From contig OZ076409.1 in assembly GCA_964187785.1 (NCBI GenBank), positions 73,720,001 to 73,784,000 of the forward strand: a stretch of 64,000 bases of DNA, given 5' to 3'. The translations under genes were made by a program, and so were the position numbers. The number at the start of each line of letters is the position of its first letter. Position 1 is the stretch's first letter. This document shows, one piece after another, positions 41,844 to 55,390 of the stretch. This DNA comes from Amphiscolops sp. MND2022. Lineage: Eukaryota. Under the pieces are notes generated by a model. It was given only the letters and a program-made list of their open reading frames with translations, searched no databases and was not told the origin of the DNA.

Positions 41844-44800
41844 GTGGGCGGGGGTAATTCCCCAACAAAAAAATCGGCCGGCGGGTCGGGTCCTGCCGGC
41901 CGTCCAAAATCAAAATCCTCCTAGTAGAAAACGGCCGGTCAAACGAGCTATTTTTTTATTTAACCGTTAGAATTTGGGTTTAGATTGCATGCGGCCATGA
42001 AATGGCCATACGAATGGAAGTTCCTGCTGACGTTTTGCGATTGAAACACTTTATAAAAAGTTATGGCCAATTTGTCATTCACCTAGAAGGGCAAAATGAG
42101 GAAAATTTTAACAAAGTCGCTGATAACTCAAAATGTAATAATTTTTGGACTTTGACAGTGAAACAAGCTTGGAACTGTCATTTCGTGGCTGTGGCATTGC
42201 ACTGAACACAAAAGATGTAAAGTTTTCACATTTTTTGAAAATTCGACATTTTTGAATTTTTTTTCACTACTATCAGTACACTATATGTCAAAAACGCCTC
42301 TGAAAAAAATTTTTATTTGCTTAAAATTAGAAACCTTGGTATCCATGGTTTCCGTCAGTACCTACTCGCTGCCAAACGCTCAACAGTTTGCATCCAATGT
42401 GAAAATATAATTTTTTTCGAGGTCATAGGTGTTTCACAAGGATTTCTCAACTTAGTATCTATTTACAAATTGGTCATTTTGAACACATTATTTTCATCGA
42501 AGCGTGTCAGATACCACCCTAATGCTCACGAATGGGCCTACTGGCAACGTTGGAACCATTTTTAGTAATAGAAAGTATTAAAAAAATATTTTCACCCGGT
42601 CTTCAGTCATTTTTCAGACATTCGGTACTTAACTTAGAAAAATTTCGCATCAAAAACCCATATTTGGTAGGGTCGAAATTTGAAATTCAGTTTTTTATGC
42701 AAAATTATTAACTCTGACGTAACCAGTGGAGCCCATGATACTCAAAAACACGATTGGGACTGGTATCAGTGGCTCCAATAACATATGAGCCGCGATAAGA
42801 CGTTATTCAGAGCAAACGCTCTAAATCGAAGTAAACATCTCTGAAGCCTGGGATCACAGTGAAATGTGATATCACCAAAAGTTTACTCTTTTTTGTCAAT
42901 CACTATGTACACAGAGTGCGTAGGGTGAGTTTCAGGACTATAATGAGGTTTTTGAAGTAATCGCGCTGCTCAAGGGGTGGTATGAGACTATTTTTTCCCA
43001 TATACTACTACATTTCCATAAATTTGCAGTCCATTGTCTTGGAAAGATAACTTCACAAAAACAATTTTTCTACTCTATTCAGTTATTAGAATAAAGTTGA
43101 ACACTGTGGTTGATCAGAAATGCTCAATTCTTTTGGTTTTTAAAAAAAATTCCTTCGCATTCGTTACATTTGTGGAAGGAAGGTTATCAGTAGCTCCAAA
43201 AAAAACGAAATTTAGCACGAACAGACATGCAACGATGCAAAGCAAAAACGTTTTTACAACTTCCGACGTCATTATTTTACCCAAGAAGTTCGAGAATATC
43301 ATTCGCAATGCTGTCATTCGCTATATATACGATCGCGGTCAATTTACAAACATTTAGATTTCATTGTTCTGCTTGAAAACCAATTTTTGTCAGGTCGAAA
43401 TTTTAAATTTTGCCTGGGGAGCAATACCCTTCACGCTGAAGTAAACAGTGGGGCCCAAGTTACTCAAAAACAAGAAAGAGACTGCTACAATATGTCCTAA
43501 TAACATATGGACCACGATAGTACGTTTTTCACACAAAAAACTCTCATCCGAAGTAAATATGTTGAAAGCTTTTAATCACCGTGAGAAGTGATTTCATTAA
43601 AAAATAACTCTTTTTTGTCAATCACTATTTACACAGAATTTGTAAAGTTAGTTTGAGTCATGAAATGAGGCTTTACCGTAATATGGGTTGCTCAAGGTGT
43701 TATATAAGACAAAAACTTCCTCTTTTCTACTAGCTTCTTCAAATATTTCAACCCTTTGTCACAATAAGTTAATATTCAAAATCTCTTTGAAATGTATCTT
43801 TATGTTGGGGTGAAGTCTAAGAACAATAACTATGATCGAAGAATGCTAGTACTGGTGTTTGAACCATGTCCGGATGAACAAATCACAAAATCATCAAAAA
43901 ATTGTTCCCTTTTTTGGTTATTTTGGCAGTACTAAAAATGTTAGCTGATAAATAATTTTTTCGATGGCACCATTGGTTTCCTCTCAAAAAGTTGGTTATA
44001 TGACCTGTGTAATAACCCCGTATCTTTTCAATTTAAATATATTTAAAAAGCCAACTATTTTGACCAAAATCCTAAAAATCATACCATTTCCTAAAAATTT
44101 TCAAATGCACCCCATTTGAGGTATAAGATAAGCACAGAAAACTATAATATACCGATCAACTCTACTCCCATTGTAGATTATTAGAATTTTGTTTAGAATG
44201 AATTTTGATGGATATTAAAAAAATTTTGAACCCTCCAAAAATGGGCCAAAATTACACGAAAAAATTGACCTTAAAATACCAAAATGTCAAAAAATCATCA
44301 AAACCCAGGCTTCTTGGGGTTCTATCAACTCCGCGTGGTCCACAGAGTATGCTAAAACAGGTTTTACCCGTTTTTGAGCAATATGTGAAAAAGCCGACAT
44401 TTTTGGGAAAGAAAAACATACCATTTCCTAAAAAAATTCAAATGCACGTCATTTGCCGTATTAGAATAGCACAGAAAACTATCACATACCAATCAACTCT
44501 ACTTTCATTGCAGATGAACAGAATTTTGTTTAGAATAAATTTTACCGGATAATAAAAAAATTTGAATCCTTCAAAAATGGGCCAAAATTACACGAAAAAA
44601 TGAACCTTAAAAATTTAAAATGTCAAAAAATCATCAAAACAACAGCTTATGGGGTTCTATCAACTCCACGAGGTCCACAGAGTATGCTAAAACAGGTTTT
44701 ACCCGTTTTTGAGCAATATGTGAAAAAGCCGACATTTTTGGGAAAGAAAAACATACCATTTCCTAAAAAAATTCAAATGCACGCCATTTGCCGTATGAAA

Positions 44801-46605
44801 ATAGCACAGAAAACTATCACATACCAATCAACTCTACTTTCATTGCAGATGAACAGAATTTTGTTTAGAATAAATTTTACCGGATAATAAAAAAATTTGA
44901 TTCCTTCTAAAATGGGCCAAAATTACACAAAAAAATGGACCTTAAAATTTTAAAATGTCAAAAAATCATCAAAACCACGGCTTCTTGGGGTTCTATCAAC
45001 TCCACGTGGTCCACAGAGTATGCTTAACCCGGTTTTACCCATCTTTGAGCAAAATGTGAAAATACCGACATTTTTGGAAAAGAAAAACATGCCATTTTCT
45101 AATAAATTTCAAATGCACGCCATTTGCTGTATGAGAATAACACAGAAAGCTGTCACATACCGATCAACTCTACTTCCATTGTAGATTATCAGAAGTTTGT
45201 TTAGAATAAATTTTGATGGATAATAAAAAAAATTGAATCCATCAAAAATGGGCCAAAATTACACGAAAAAATTGACCTTAAAATATCAAAATGTCAAAAA
45301 ATCATCAAAACCACAGTTTCTTGGCGTTCTATCAACTCCATATGATACCAAACCAGGTACTGCCAATCGTTTGAGTTATAATAAAAAAACCTCTTTTTTG
45401 GCAAGAATTCCATACCATAAATAATAATCATGTTCCATATAAGAAGCGAATCATTTCAGATATATACCCTGTTCATTTTTTTAATATTACCGATTATTAA
45501 TTTAATAGATGTTTTGAATGTGAGCTTCCTAAAAGGTTCAGGTGTGATGATACGTAAAAAGAACCTTAGTTTCATCGAAATCTCAATTGAATATGTCCAA
45601 TCTTAACCATCAGATAACAAGAAACACTTAAGTACATTCCATCTCCCCATCGGGGGAGATGAGAATGTACTTTCGAGAAGCCAAATACGTCCAACATTCA
45701 AACTTTTGTAACTTTGTATGTAACTCCTGAAACGAAGAAGGAATAAAATTGTTTCTGGTACATACATGAGTCTTTACTTCAGCTTCTATTTCTGCTGAAC
45801 AAAACCATTCGACTCTTTTGCCGGAGTTAAGATCGATTGTATTACCCAGTGAACAAAGGCATGACTGAAAACGTTTACTACTTTGTTCATAATTTTCCGG
45901 CCTTCCGAAATGATGAAACGTCCACATAACTAAGATAGCAAGTGAATGACTGCGAAATGCACCTTATTAGATGAGGTAAATAACGTGTAAAACTCTCCTT
46001 TATCCTAACATGAGGTTGAGTAATGATCATTTGAGAATAGTTTGATATGTGAATACAATAGTATAAAACAAGTACATTTTATATGAATAACGCCGTGGAA
46101 AGCGTTCAGAAAGGACAGTAGGCTTGTTTGGAACATGTATGTGTGGTGTCCCTTGGTGGCGTTCGCTTAGTGTATATGTCGAGGGGTATTCGAGTTGTTA
46201 TGATAGAATTTACACACAAGTCTTTTGTTTTTTGGTTTTTTTTAAAATGTCGTTAAGTACCTGCATTCTATCCCCTTCTCAGAGATGACGTGAAGTTACG
46301 TTTGCTAAATAAATGTCATCGAAAGATCACACTCCCGACGAAATTAACTATCTTAACACGTGTTTAGAATTTTAAAAAAACAACCGTATAAGATTTTTAT
46401 ATTTCATTGAGTTTGATGAAGTCTTTTGTTCTTCTAACTACTATTTCAACCAATACACATATCCGTTACCATATCACATGTCTCCATTAGTACAACGCCA
46501 CATAGCGTTGCGACGCCCACAGTCTGTGGGCATGCCGAGGCATGCCCTTCGACGACGTATGGCAAATGGAGCCATGCCCGCCGTCTTTACGGCGGTAGCG
46601 GCTAG
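41844..46605 (+). mobile_element. Non-autonomous unit, 4762 bp, with internal tandem repeats
   Basis: Head hairpin cggccggcgggtcgggtcctgccggccg 41875-41902; tail palindrome ~46528; no long ORF. Confidence 0.75.
44047..45420 (+). repeat. ~336-bp tandem repeat, ~4 copies
   Basis: cataccatttcct-like anchor at 44080, 44417, 44752, 45088 and (partial) 45411. Confidence 0.9.
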
Positions 46606-47982
46606 GTGGTCGGGGCGGTCCCCAGAACGCACAAGGAGGCGCGGGGAGGGTCCTGCGCCGACGTAGAATAATTTCATATAATACTAGTATCCTACATGGG
46701 TGTTTTAGAAGCGATTTTGGAATCTAACCGTACGATTTGGATAATTTTTTGCATGCGGCCATAACTCGAAATTCTAAGAACTTTTTCCTACTGTCATTTT
46801 CCCCTCAAATTGTTTTGTGTTGACTTATGGCCGAAAAACCGGAAATAACGTCCTTTTTAGACGTTATATCCGAAGTGTCGTCATAACTTTTTTCCAGGGC
46901 ATGGTAGCGTTCTTGTTCACTTTTACACTTAGTTGCAGCATCTCGAAATACAACTGGTGGAAAATTTCGGTTGCATTCGGATCACCCCCCACCGAGATAG
47001 AAGGGTTCCCCCCTCCAGTTTTACCCCCCAAATTTGCAAAATAGCCAATTTTGAGCATGAAGCCGAGGATTTAGCGCACCCGCACCCTCCTGATGTTTTG
47101 TTGTACGTATTGGGGTCAATCTGACCACATGTGTGGTTTTCACCCCCAACCCCCCCTGGGACCGGAAATGACATTTTTTTGTGTTTTTCGGCAGAAATTA
47201 GCTTTTTTCATTAGTAGGCAGTTGTTTTAGGGACTCCTAGCAGGATATCGAAATTGAAATACAACCTGATCACAACCCAGAGACAACATGTTGGCCATTT
47301 GGAGGTACAATCATGACCGGAAGTGGGGTCAACCCCCCTTTTCGTGACCGCTTTTTGATCTCGTGCACCAAAATGCCAACAACTTGAGGCCTAATGACGC
47401 ATTCAAATCTGTACAATGAAAGAATGTTAGACAACCGAAGTCCCAGAAGATCTTTAGCATATACCAGAAGTTACCCCCTTTGACCGGAAGTTACCCAATG
47501 TGACCGGAAATGGTACAAAAATTATTACAAAGTTAATTTTTTCACATTTCGTTGAACATTTTCAATCCCAAAACTAGCGTAATGGCTTGTTTTGCTGAAT
47601 TTATGGAAATTGGTCAACTCTATCACCCCCGATAGCCTTCGAAGTTGACCTTGCGTCAACTTTGGAGGCTATCGATTCTGAAAATGAACAACAAAGTACA
47701 TTGTTGCTCTCGGTTTTTTTCCCGATGTTTTTCCTCAAACATTCTTGAGACATATACATGGTCGTTAGTTGAAATCAATATTTAGCCCATGTTATAGCTG
47801 GAGCAGCGAAGCGTTACACAGGCTAGTGTGGTTTTGAAATTACATTATTTAAATTAACAAATGACCGTCCTAGTCAACTACACACATTCATACCAACGCC
47901 CACCGTCTGTGGGCATGCCGAGGCATGCCCTTCGACGACGTATGATGAATCCACTCCAACGACGCCCGCAGTCCTCAGCTAG
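46606..47982 (+). mobile_element. Non-autonomous unit, 1377 bp
   Basis: Junction-bounded; close copy at 50160-51548; hairpin 47630-47674; tail palindrome. Confidence 0.85.
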
Positions 47983-50159
47983 GTGGAGGTTATTTTATAA
48001 TAATTAAAGTGTTTTTTTCCGGAGTTTGTGGCTTTGGAAAAAACAAAAGGCGAGAAATTGGGCACTCCGGGCTGAACCGTATACACTCAAAATTCGCCCA
48101 ATATTTATACGATCTCGAAACTCAGCCGTACGATTTGGCTGAAAATTTGCATGCGTCTAAAAAATCAGATTCTAAGAACTATTTCCTGCTGACATTTTTT
48201 TGAAATTTTTGTGTACGTTTCCCCCCCGCCCCCTAAAGGGGTCAATTTTCCCCAATTTTGCACTTATGAGTCAAATTCTCAAAACTGGTGGATCTGAGCG
48301 TATTCCCGGCGGGGACAACTTTTAACGAGCGCTCCTCAGTAGACCTTTTTGACTTTTTACTTTGGTGGTACGTTCACCCCCCGAGGAGCAAATGGCGTTT
48401 TTGTGACTTCCGGTCGAGGCTTTTTTCACCCAAAAAATAGAATTAAGCCAATTTTGAGCAGGAAGGAGTGGATTTAAAGTGCCTGTACCCTGCTAAAAAT
48501 TTGTTGGGCTTGTAGCGATATATCTCATACCAAGTCTGGTTTTCACCCCCAAACCCCCCTTGGGACCAAAATTCACCCAAACTTTTTTTACCTCTGTTTG
48601 TAGTTTTTTGCAAAATGTCGTCATTTCCATGGGTAAGGAGTTGAATTAGGGGCTCCTAATAGGGTACCAATGTTCAAGTACACTTGCAGTGCAACTGAGT
48701 GACCCTTTTGGGGCCTCTCCTGTGTTCGGCAAGGACCGGAAGTGAGGTAAACCCCCCTTTTTTGACGTTTGTTGACCTTGAGACTCGCGCTTAGATGACG
48801 TTTATGTCGCGCAAATCCTACAAACCAGTATTAGGATGACATGCTAGCCAACTAGAGAGCACTAAGGGAAACTATACTATACCGGAAGTAACCCCCCGTG
48901 ACCGGAAGTTGTCATTTTTGACCGGAAATGGTCCAAAACATAGCGTAAAGCAGTTTTCATTGCTTTTAAAGTCAACTCATTACTTTTTTCAGTCTGCGCG
49001 AGCTTGTCTTCAGATTCGTTTTTGTTGTCCGTGCACACTACAACAAATATACATCTGTAGAAATTGTGCTATAATATCGTCGGAGAGAGAAATAACGGGA
49101 ATTTTTTTCAAAAATGTTTGTCTATATCTATCATTTTTACCCAACGTTATTCAACAGTAGAACCACAGGGGTTAGTATCTGCCAAAATATATGCCTAACA
49201 AAACCACTCGTCCCATTGGTTGCAGTTTGAGCGTTCTAGCTTTGCTTGGTCACAAGTTGAGGGACTTCAAAAAGTTTCAAATTTTTTTGGAAAATTTTTT
49301 TTAAACGTCACGTCTCCCAAAGTTAAGAATTTTCCACACAACTAGGATTGCAAGAGAATGCACATGGTAAGACCTATAAATGGAGAGAAAAATTCCGTTC
49401 AGAACGTCTCTTTATCGTTACGTGACGTTAAAAGATGTTGCTTTGAATGTGAATTTGATAATGCGTCGAGAAGTAAAAGAGTGTGAATGGATCCTATGTC
49501 TCGACAAATACTCATCGCAATACATACGATGAACCCCAATTACCCTCACTTTCAGTTGGCTAGTACATCAGCGTCTTCCAAGGACCGTTTACCTATTTGA
49601 AAATTGTCAAAATCATTATTAATATCAGTTAGCAAGAAATATTTGAGTACATTGTCATCTCTCCCCATCGGGTGAGATGAGAATGTTCTTGCTAAAAGTC
49701 AAGTACTACGGCCCATTTTTGTTTTATTGCGACGTTTTCTGTGCCTTAGCACAAGGATACTTTTATGTCATCTCACTTTTGTAATACAATCTGACTTGTT
49801 GTTATAAATTTCTCGTCATTACTTTACCTAAACTTACTACCATGCATCTTTAACGTCAAAGCCAAATTCATTTAGACGCCCACCATTCCGTAGGTATGCC
49901 GAGGTATGCCTTTCGAAGACGTATGGCAAAACACAAACGGGCAAATGAAAAGGGCTGAAATTCAGAAACAGTCACAAACAATTTTGACTATTTGACCGAT
50001 GGTAGGTTTTTATATGGAACTTACACATCACTGACATTTCAAAACATTCCAGCTGACGCCCACTTACAAACATCAACGCCCACGGTCCGTGGGCATGCCG
50101 AGGCATGCCCTTCGACGACGTATGGCAAATACTTTTTACGACGTCCCAACTTTCCCTAG
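47983..50159 (+). mobile_element. Non-autonomous unit, 2177 bp (near-identical to 30224-32407)
   Basis: Identity with 30224-32407 begins and ends at the CTAGGTG junctions, with different neighbours on both sides. Confidence 0.9.
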
Positions 50160-51548
50160 GTGGTTGGGGCGGTCCCCAGAACGCACAAGGAGGCGCGGGG
50201 AGGTTCCTGCGCCGACGTAGAATAATTTCATATAATACTAGTATCCTACATGGGTGTTTTAGAGGCGATTTTGGAATCTAACCGTAGGATTTGGATAATT
50301 TTTTGCATGCGGCCATAACTCGAAATTCTAAGAACTTTTTCCTACTGTCATTTTCCCCGCAAATTGTTTTTTGTTGACTTATGGCCGAAAAACCGGAAAT
50401 AACGTCCTTTTTAGACGTTATATCCGAAGTGTCGTCATAACTTTTTTCCAGGGCATGCTAGCGTTCTCGTTCACTTTTACACTTAGTTGCAGCATCTCAA
50501 AATACAACTGGTGGAAAATTTTGGTTGCATTCGGATCACCCCCCACCGAGATAGAAGGGTTCCCCCCTCCAGCTTTACCCCCCAAATTTGCAAAATAGCC
50601 AATTTTGAGCATGAAGCCGAGGATTTAGCGTACCCGCACCCTCCTGATGTTTTGTTGTACGTATTGGGGTCAATCTGACGACATGTGTGGTTTTCACCCC
50701 CAACCCCCCCTTGGACCGGAAATGACACTTTTTTGTGTTTTTTGGCAGAATTTAGCCTTTTTCATTATTAGGCAGTCGTTTTAGGGACTCCTAGCAGGAT
50801 ATCGAAATTGAAATACAACCTGATCACAACCCAGTGACAACATGTTGGCCACTTGGAGGTATCATCATGACCGGAAGTGGGGTCAACCCCCCTTTTTGTG
50901 ACCGCTTTTTGACCTTGTGCACCAAAATGCCAACATCTTGAGGCCTAATGAGGCATTCAAATCTGTACAAAGATAAAATGTTAGACAACCGAAGTCCCGG
51001 AAGATCTTTAGCATATACCGGAAGTTACCCCCCATGACCGGAAGTTACCCAATTTGACCGGAAATGGTCCAAAAATTAATGTAAAGTTGAATTTTTCACT
51101 ATTTCAAGACCACTTAATTGAAACTTTTCAATCTCAAAACTAGCGTACTGGCTTGTTTTGCTGAATTTATGGAAATTGATGAGCTCTATCGCCCCCGATA
51201 GCCTTCGAAGTTGACCTTGCGTCAACTTTGGAGGCTATCGATAAAGAAAAATGAACAACAAAGTACATTGTTGCTCTCGTTTTTTTCCCGTTGTTTTTCC
51301 TCAAACATTCTTGAGACATATACATGGCCGTTAGTTGAAATCAATATTTAGCCCATGTTATAGCTGGAGCAGCGAAGCGTTACACAGACTAGTGTGGTTT
51401 TGAAATCACACTATTTAAATTAACAACTGACCGTCTTAGTCAACTCCACACATTCATACCAACGCACACCGTCTGTGGGCATGCCGAGGCATGCCCTTCG
51501 ACGACGTATGACGAATCCACTCCAACGACACCCGCAGTCCTCAGCTAG
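50160..51548 (+). mobile_element. Non-autonomous unit, 1389 bp (copy of 46606-47982)
   Basis: Colinear high similarity; hairpin 51196-51240. Confidence 0.85.
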
Positions 51549-52824
51549 GTGGTTAAGGGCGTCCCCTTACCTCTGTCGCCGGCGCGGGGAGGGTCCTGTG
51601 CCGGCGCCCCTTGTAGAAAATATACGTAAAGGATGGAAAAATATAAATGCGATTTTTTAAACTAACCGTTGGATTCGGCTAATTTTTTGCATGCAGCCTC
51701 CTTGGACCAATATAAGAACAAACTCCCACTGGCGTTTTTCTGGGAAAATTTTTTTTGTTGACTTATAGACAATTTTAGGGTCAAAAAATGGCCTTTTTTT
51801 CAATTTTTTGCATTTTTTCGCTTTTTTTCGCAAAAAAGTGTAACTTCGTCCACACAACTAGTATTGCAAGTGGCTGCATGCGGAAAGCCAATGAACAGAC
51901 GAGAAAAATGAGCTATAGAACGCTCGTCTACGACAACCTGACGTTGACTTATGGTAATTTGAGTAATCGCATTTTTTTGTTTTTGCCTCGAATTTGGTAC
52001 TTAGTGACCCATATCTCACTACACAGTTGTCTGAGCAAGATCATTTATATTAACGTTTTTGTTGTCCATCAATAGTGCAACAACTGATCATGAGTAAAAT
52101 TTTCTGTCAGACAACGTTGAAAAAAGATATTGGTGATTTTACACCCAGAAAAACGGTGTTTCAAATTTTTTTTTTCAACTTCAGGCCTCCCAAAGTCAAG
52201 AAACTTCCACACAACTAGTATTGCAAGTGAATGCATGTGGAAAGTGCTCGAATAGACGAGAAAAATGAGCTATTATAAAACTCTGTAGCTCAACCTGACG
52301 TTGACTTATGATAATTTTAGTGTGAGCTTGCTATGTGTGAAAAAATTCAAAAATTGAAAACGGAAGCTAAGTCTCATCCAAATTTCATCGGAATACGTTC
52401 AATCCAAGCCAGAGCGGTTTGTTCCCAGTTGTAGAGTGCAGCAACACCATTCAAGATTATTTGACCCATTTTAATAGGTTTTTGACTCTGTCTTATCCAT
52501 CCGAAAGTTCGAAACAGTTGAGTACATTCCATCTCCCCTCCGTGGGAGATGGCAATGTACTCGCAAAAAGCCAAGTACTATTCCCCTTTTTATACCTGCA
52601 CTGGCCCTAGAAATACAGTAGCGTGAGCTCCAGGTGGTTTGCAGTAGTCTTAACGTGTGTTGTAACTTTGCTACAAATCTAACTATGTTACTAAACATGA
52701 AAAAATTGTTTCAATCCAAATTTTTTTCCAATCATTATATGTCATCAATATACATATATCCATCCATTTACTACTACCTACCCCATCACCCGCCCCTCGC
52801 ATCCCTTCATGGTGCAGCCTCTGG
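51549..52824 (+). mobile_element. Non-autonomous unit, 1276 bp, internally rearranged, ends in CTGG
   Basis: Core block ccacacaactagtattgcaag..gacgttgacttatg occurs twice (~51849, ~52206); junction CTGGGTG at 52821 is followed by a typical head hairpin. Confidence 0.75.
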
Positions 52825-54096
52825 GTGGTCGGTATTCTTTACTACCTCATGCTCTGAGGGCGGGGTAGGGCCCCTCGCCCGATCCTAATCCTTAGGATTT
52901 TAAACATAAGGCCAATAATCCAGATAATGGCGATCTCGAAAACTAACCTTACGATTTGGCTGAAATTTTGCATGCGGCTCCCTATGACAGATATAAGAAC
53001 AAATCCCTAGTGGCATTTTGCTGGGAAAATTCAGTTTTTGGGTCAAAATCACTATTTTAGGTCCAAAAAATGGCGTTTTTTCGGAAAATTTTTTTTCAAG
53101 AGCCAATATCTCGCCCCCAGGTGCTCGGAGCGGGTCGCATGTGGACGTTGATATTGTTGGGCACTTCGTAAGGAGTCCGTAGACAAATTTTGGTTCAGAT
53201 CGGATGAAAATTGACTGAGTAATAGAAAACTTTCAAAGTGATTTTGACGACATTTTTCGAAAACCTAGTCTATCTCTGCCGTTTTTTGCCCAGATTTTTT
53301 TCCAGGACCTCTCCTAAAGGCCTCCCCTGGCCGGTTTACCTCCCAGAAAAACCATTTGGCCCGTTTGCCGCAGTTTCAGCGTTCCAGGATTCCCCGGGTA
53401 AAAGTAAAATGACTTAGAATTTTTTCGAAAAATTTTCAAAATTTTTTTTTCAACTTCAGGCCTCCCAAAGTCAAGAAACGTCCACACAACTAGTATTGCA
53501 AGTGAATGCTTGTGGAAAGTGCTCGAATAGACGAGAAAAATGAGCTATTATAAACCTCTGTAGCTCAACCTGACGTTGACTTATGACAATTTTAGTGTGA
53601 GCTTGCTAAGTGACAAAAAATTTCAAAAATTGAAAATCGAAGCATAGTCTCATCCAAACTCCTCGGAATACGTTCAATACAAGCCAGAGCGGAATAAATC
53701 CAGCTATATAGTGCAGCAATACCATTCAAGTTGTTTTTACTCTCCTTTTAATTTAAACTCCTTTTAATAAGTTTTGACACTGTCTTATTCATCCGAAAGT
53801 TCGAAACAGTCAAGTACATTCCATCTCCCTTTAGGGAGATGGTAATGTACTCACCAAAAACCAAGTAATATTGCCCTTTTTATACCTGTAAAGGCCCTAT
53901 AAATGCAGTAGCGTGAGCTCCAGGTCGTTTGCAGTAGCCTTCACGTGTGTTGTGACTTTGCTATAAAACTAACTATGTTACTAAAAGTGAAAAAAATTTC
54001 TCTTCAAAAAACTATTATATTTACACGTTTTGTTGTCAAATACAATTACTAAACAAATAGCGCCCCCTTGTCTACTGTTCAACCGTGCACGTCTAG
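52825..54096 (+). mobile_element. Non-autonomous unit, 1272 bp
   Basis: Shared core; tail gttcaaccgtgcacgtCTAG. Confidence 0.8.
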
Positions 54097-55390
54097 GTGC
54101 CAATCCCCCCCGGGATGCCACAACTTCGAGGGCGGGGTAGGGCCCCCTGCCCGAGTCCAAAACCAACGGCGCTAAACTTCGCGCCAGAAACTTAAGGCGT
54201 TTTCCATTTCTAGAGGCGATCTCGAAAACGGCCCTATAGAATTGGCTCAAAATTTGCATACGGCTTCCTCTAGCGATTCTAAGAACTTTTCCCTACTACC
54301 GTTTTGCCCAAAAAATTTTTTTGTTGACTTATAGACAATTTTAGGTGCCGAAAATGGCGTTTTTTCGAAAAATTTTTTTTCAAGAGCCCATATCTCGCTC
54401 CCAGGTGCTCAGAGCGGGTCGCATGTGGACGTCGATATTGCTAGGCACTTCGTAAGGAGTCCGTAGACAAATTTTCGTACAGATCGGATGAAAATTGACT
54501 TAGTAATAGAAAACTTTGATTTGCATTTTTTCGAAAATTTATGAAATCCCAGTGTATCTCTGCCGTTTTTTGCCCCGATTTTTTTCCAGGACCTCTCCTA
54601 AAGGCCTCCCCTGGCCGGTTTACCTCCCAGAAAAACCATTTGGCCCTTTTGCCGCAGTTTCAGCGTTCCAGGATTCCCCGGGTAAAAGTAAAATGTCTTA
54701 GAATTTTTTCGAAAAATTTTTCAAAATTTTTTTTTTCAACTTCAGGCCTCCCAAAGTCAAGAAACGTCCACACAACTAGTATTGCAAGTGGATGCATGTG
54801 GAAAGTGCTCGAATAGACGAGAAAAATGAGCTATTATAAACCTCTGTAGCTTAACCTGACGTTGACTTATGACAATTTTAGTATGAGCTTGCTATTTGAG
54901 AAAAAATTTCAAAAATTGAAAATCGAAGCTAAGTCTCATCCAAAACTCATCGGAATACGTTCAATCCATATCAAAGCGGTTTATTTCCAGCTTTCCAGTG
55001 CAGCAACACCATTCGAGGTCATTTAACCCATATTTATAAGTTTTGACACCGTCTTATCCATCCGAAAGTTCGAAACAGTTAAGTACATTCCATCTCCCCT
55101 CCGTGGGAGATGGTAATGTACTCGCAAAAAGCCAAGTATCACCGTCCTATTCTACCCGTAGTTGTGCTAGAAATGCAGTAGCGGAAGCGCCAGGCTGTTT
55201 ACAGTAGCCTTTACGGGTGTTGTGACTATGTATTACAAATCTAACTATGTTACTGAACGTGAAAAAAACTGTTTCACTCCAAATTTTTTTTCAACAATTT
55301 TATGTCATCAATAAAGATATATCCATGCATTTACTACTACCTACCCCATCACCCGCCCCCTCCACTATCTGTTCAACCGTACACGTCTAG
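54097..55390 (+). mobile_element. Non-autonomous unit, 1294 bp
   Basis: Head shared with 56673; tail gttcaaccgtacacgtCTAG. Confidence 0.85.
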
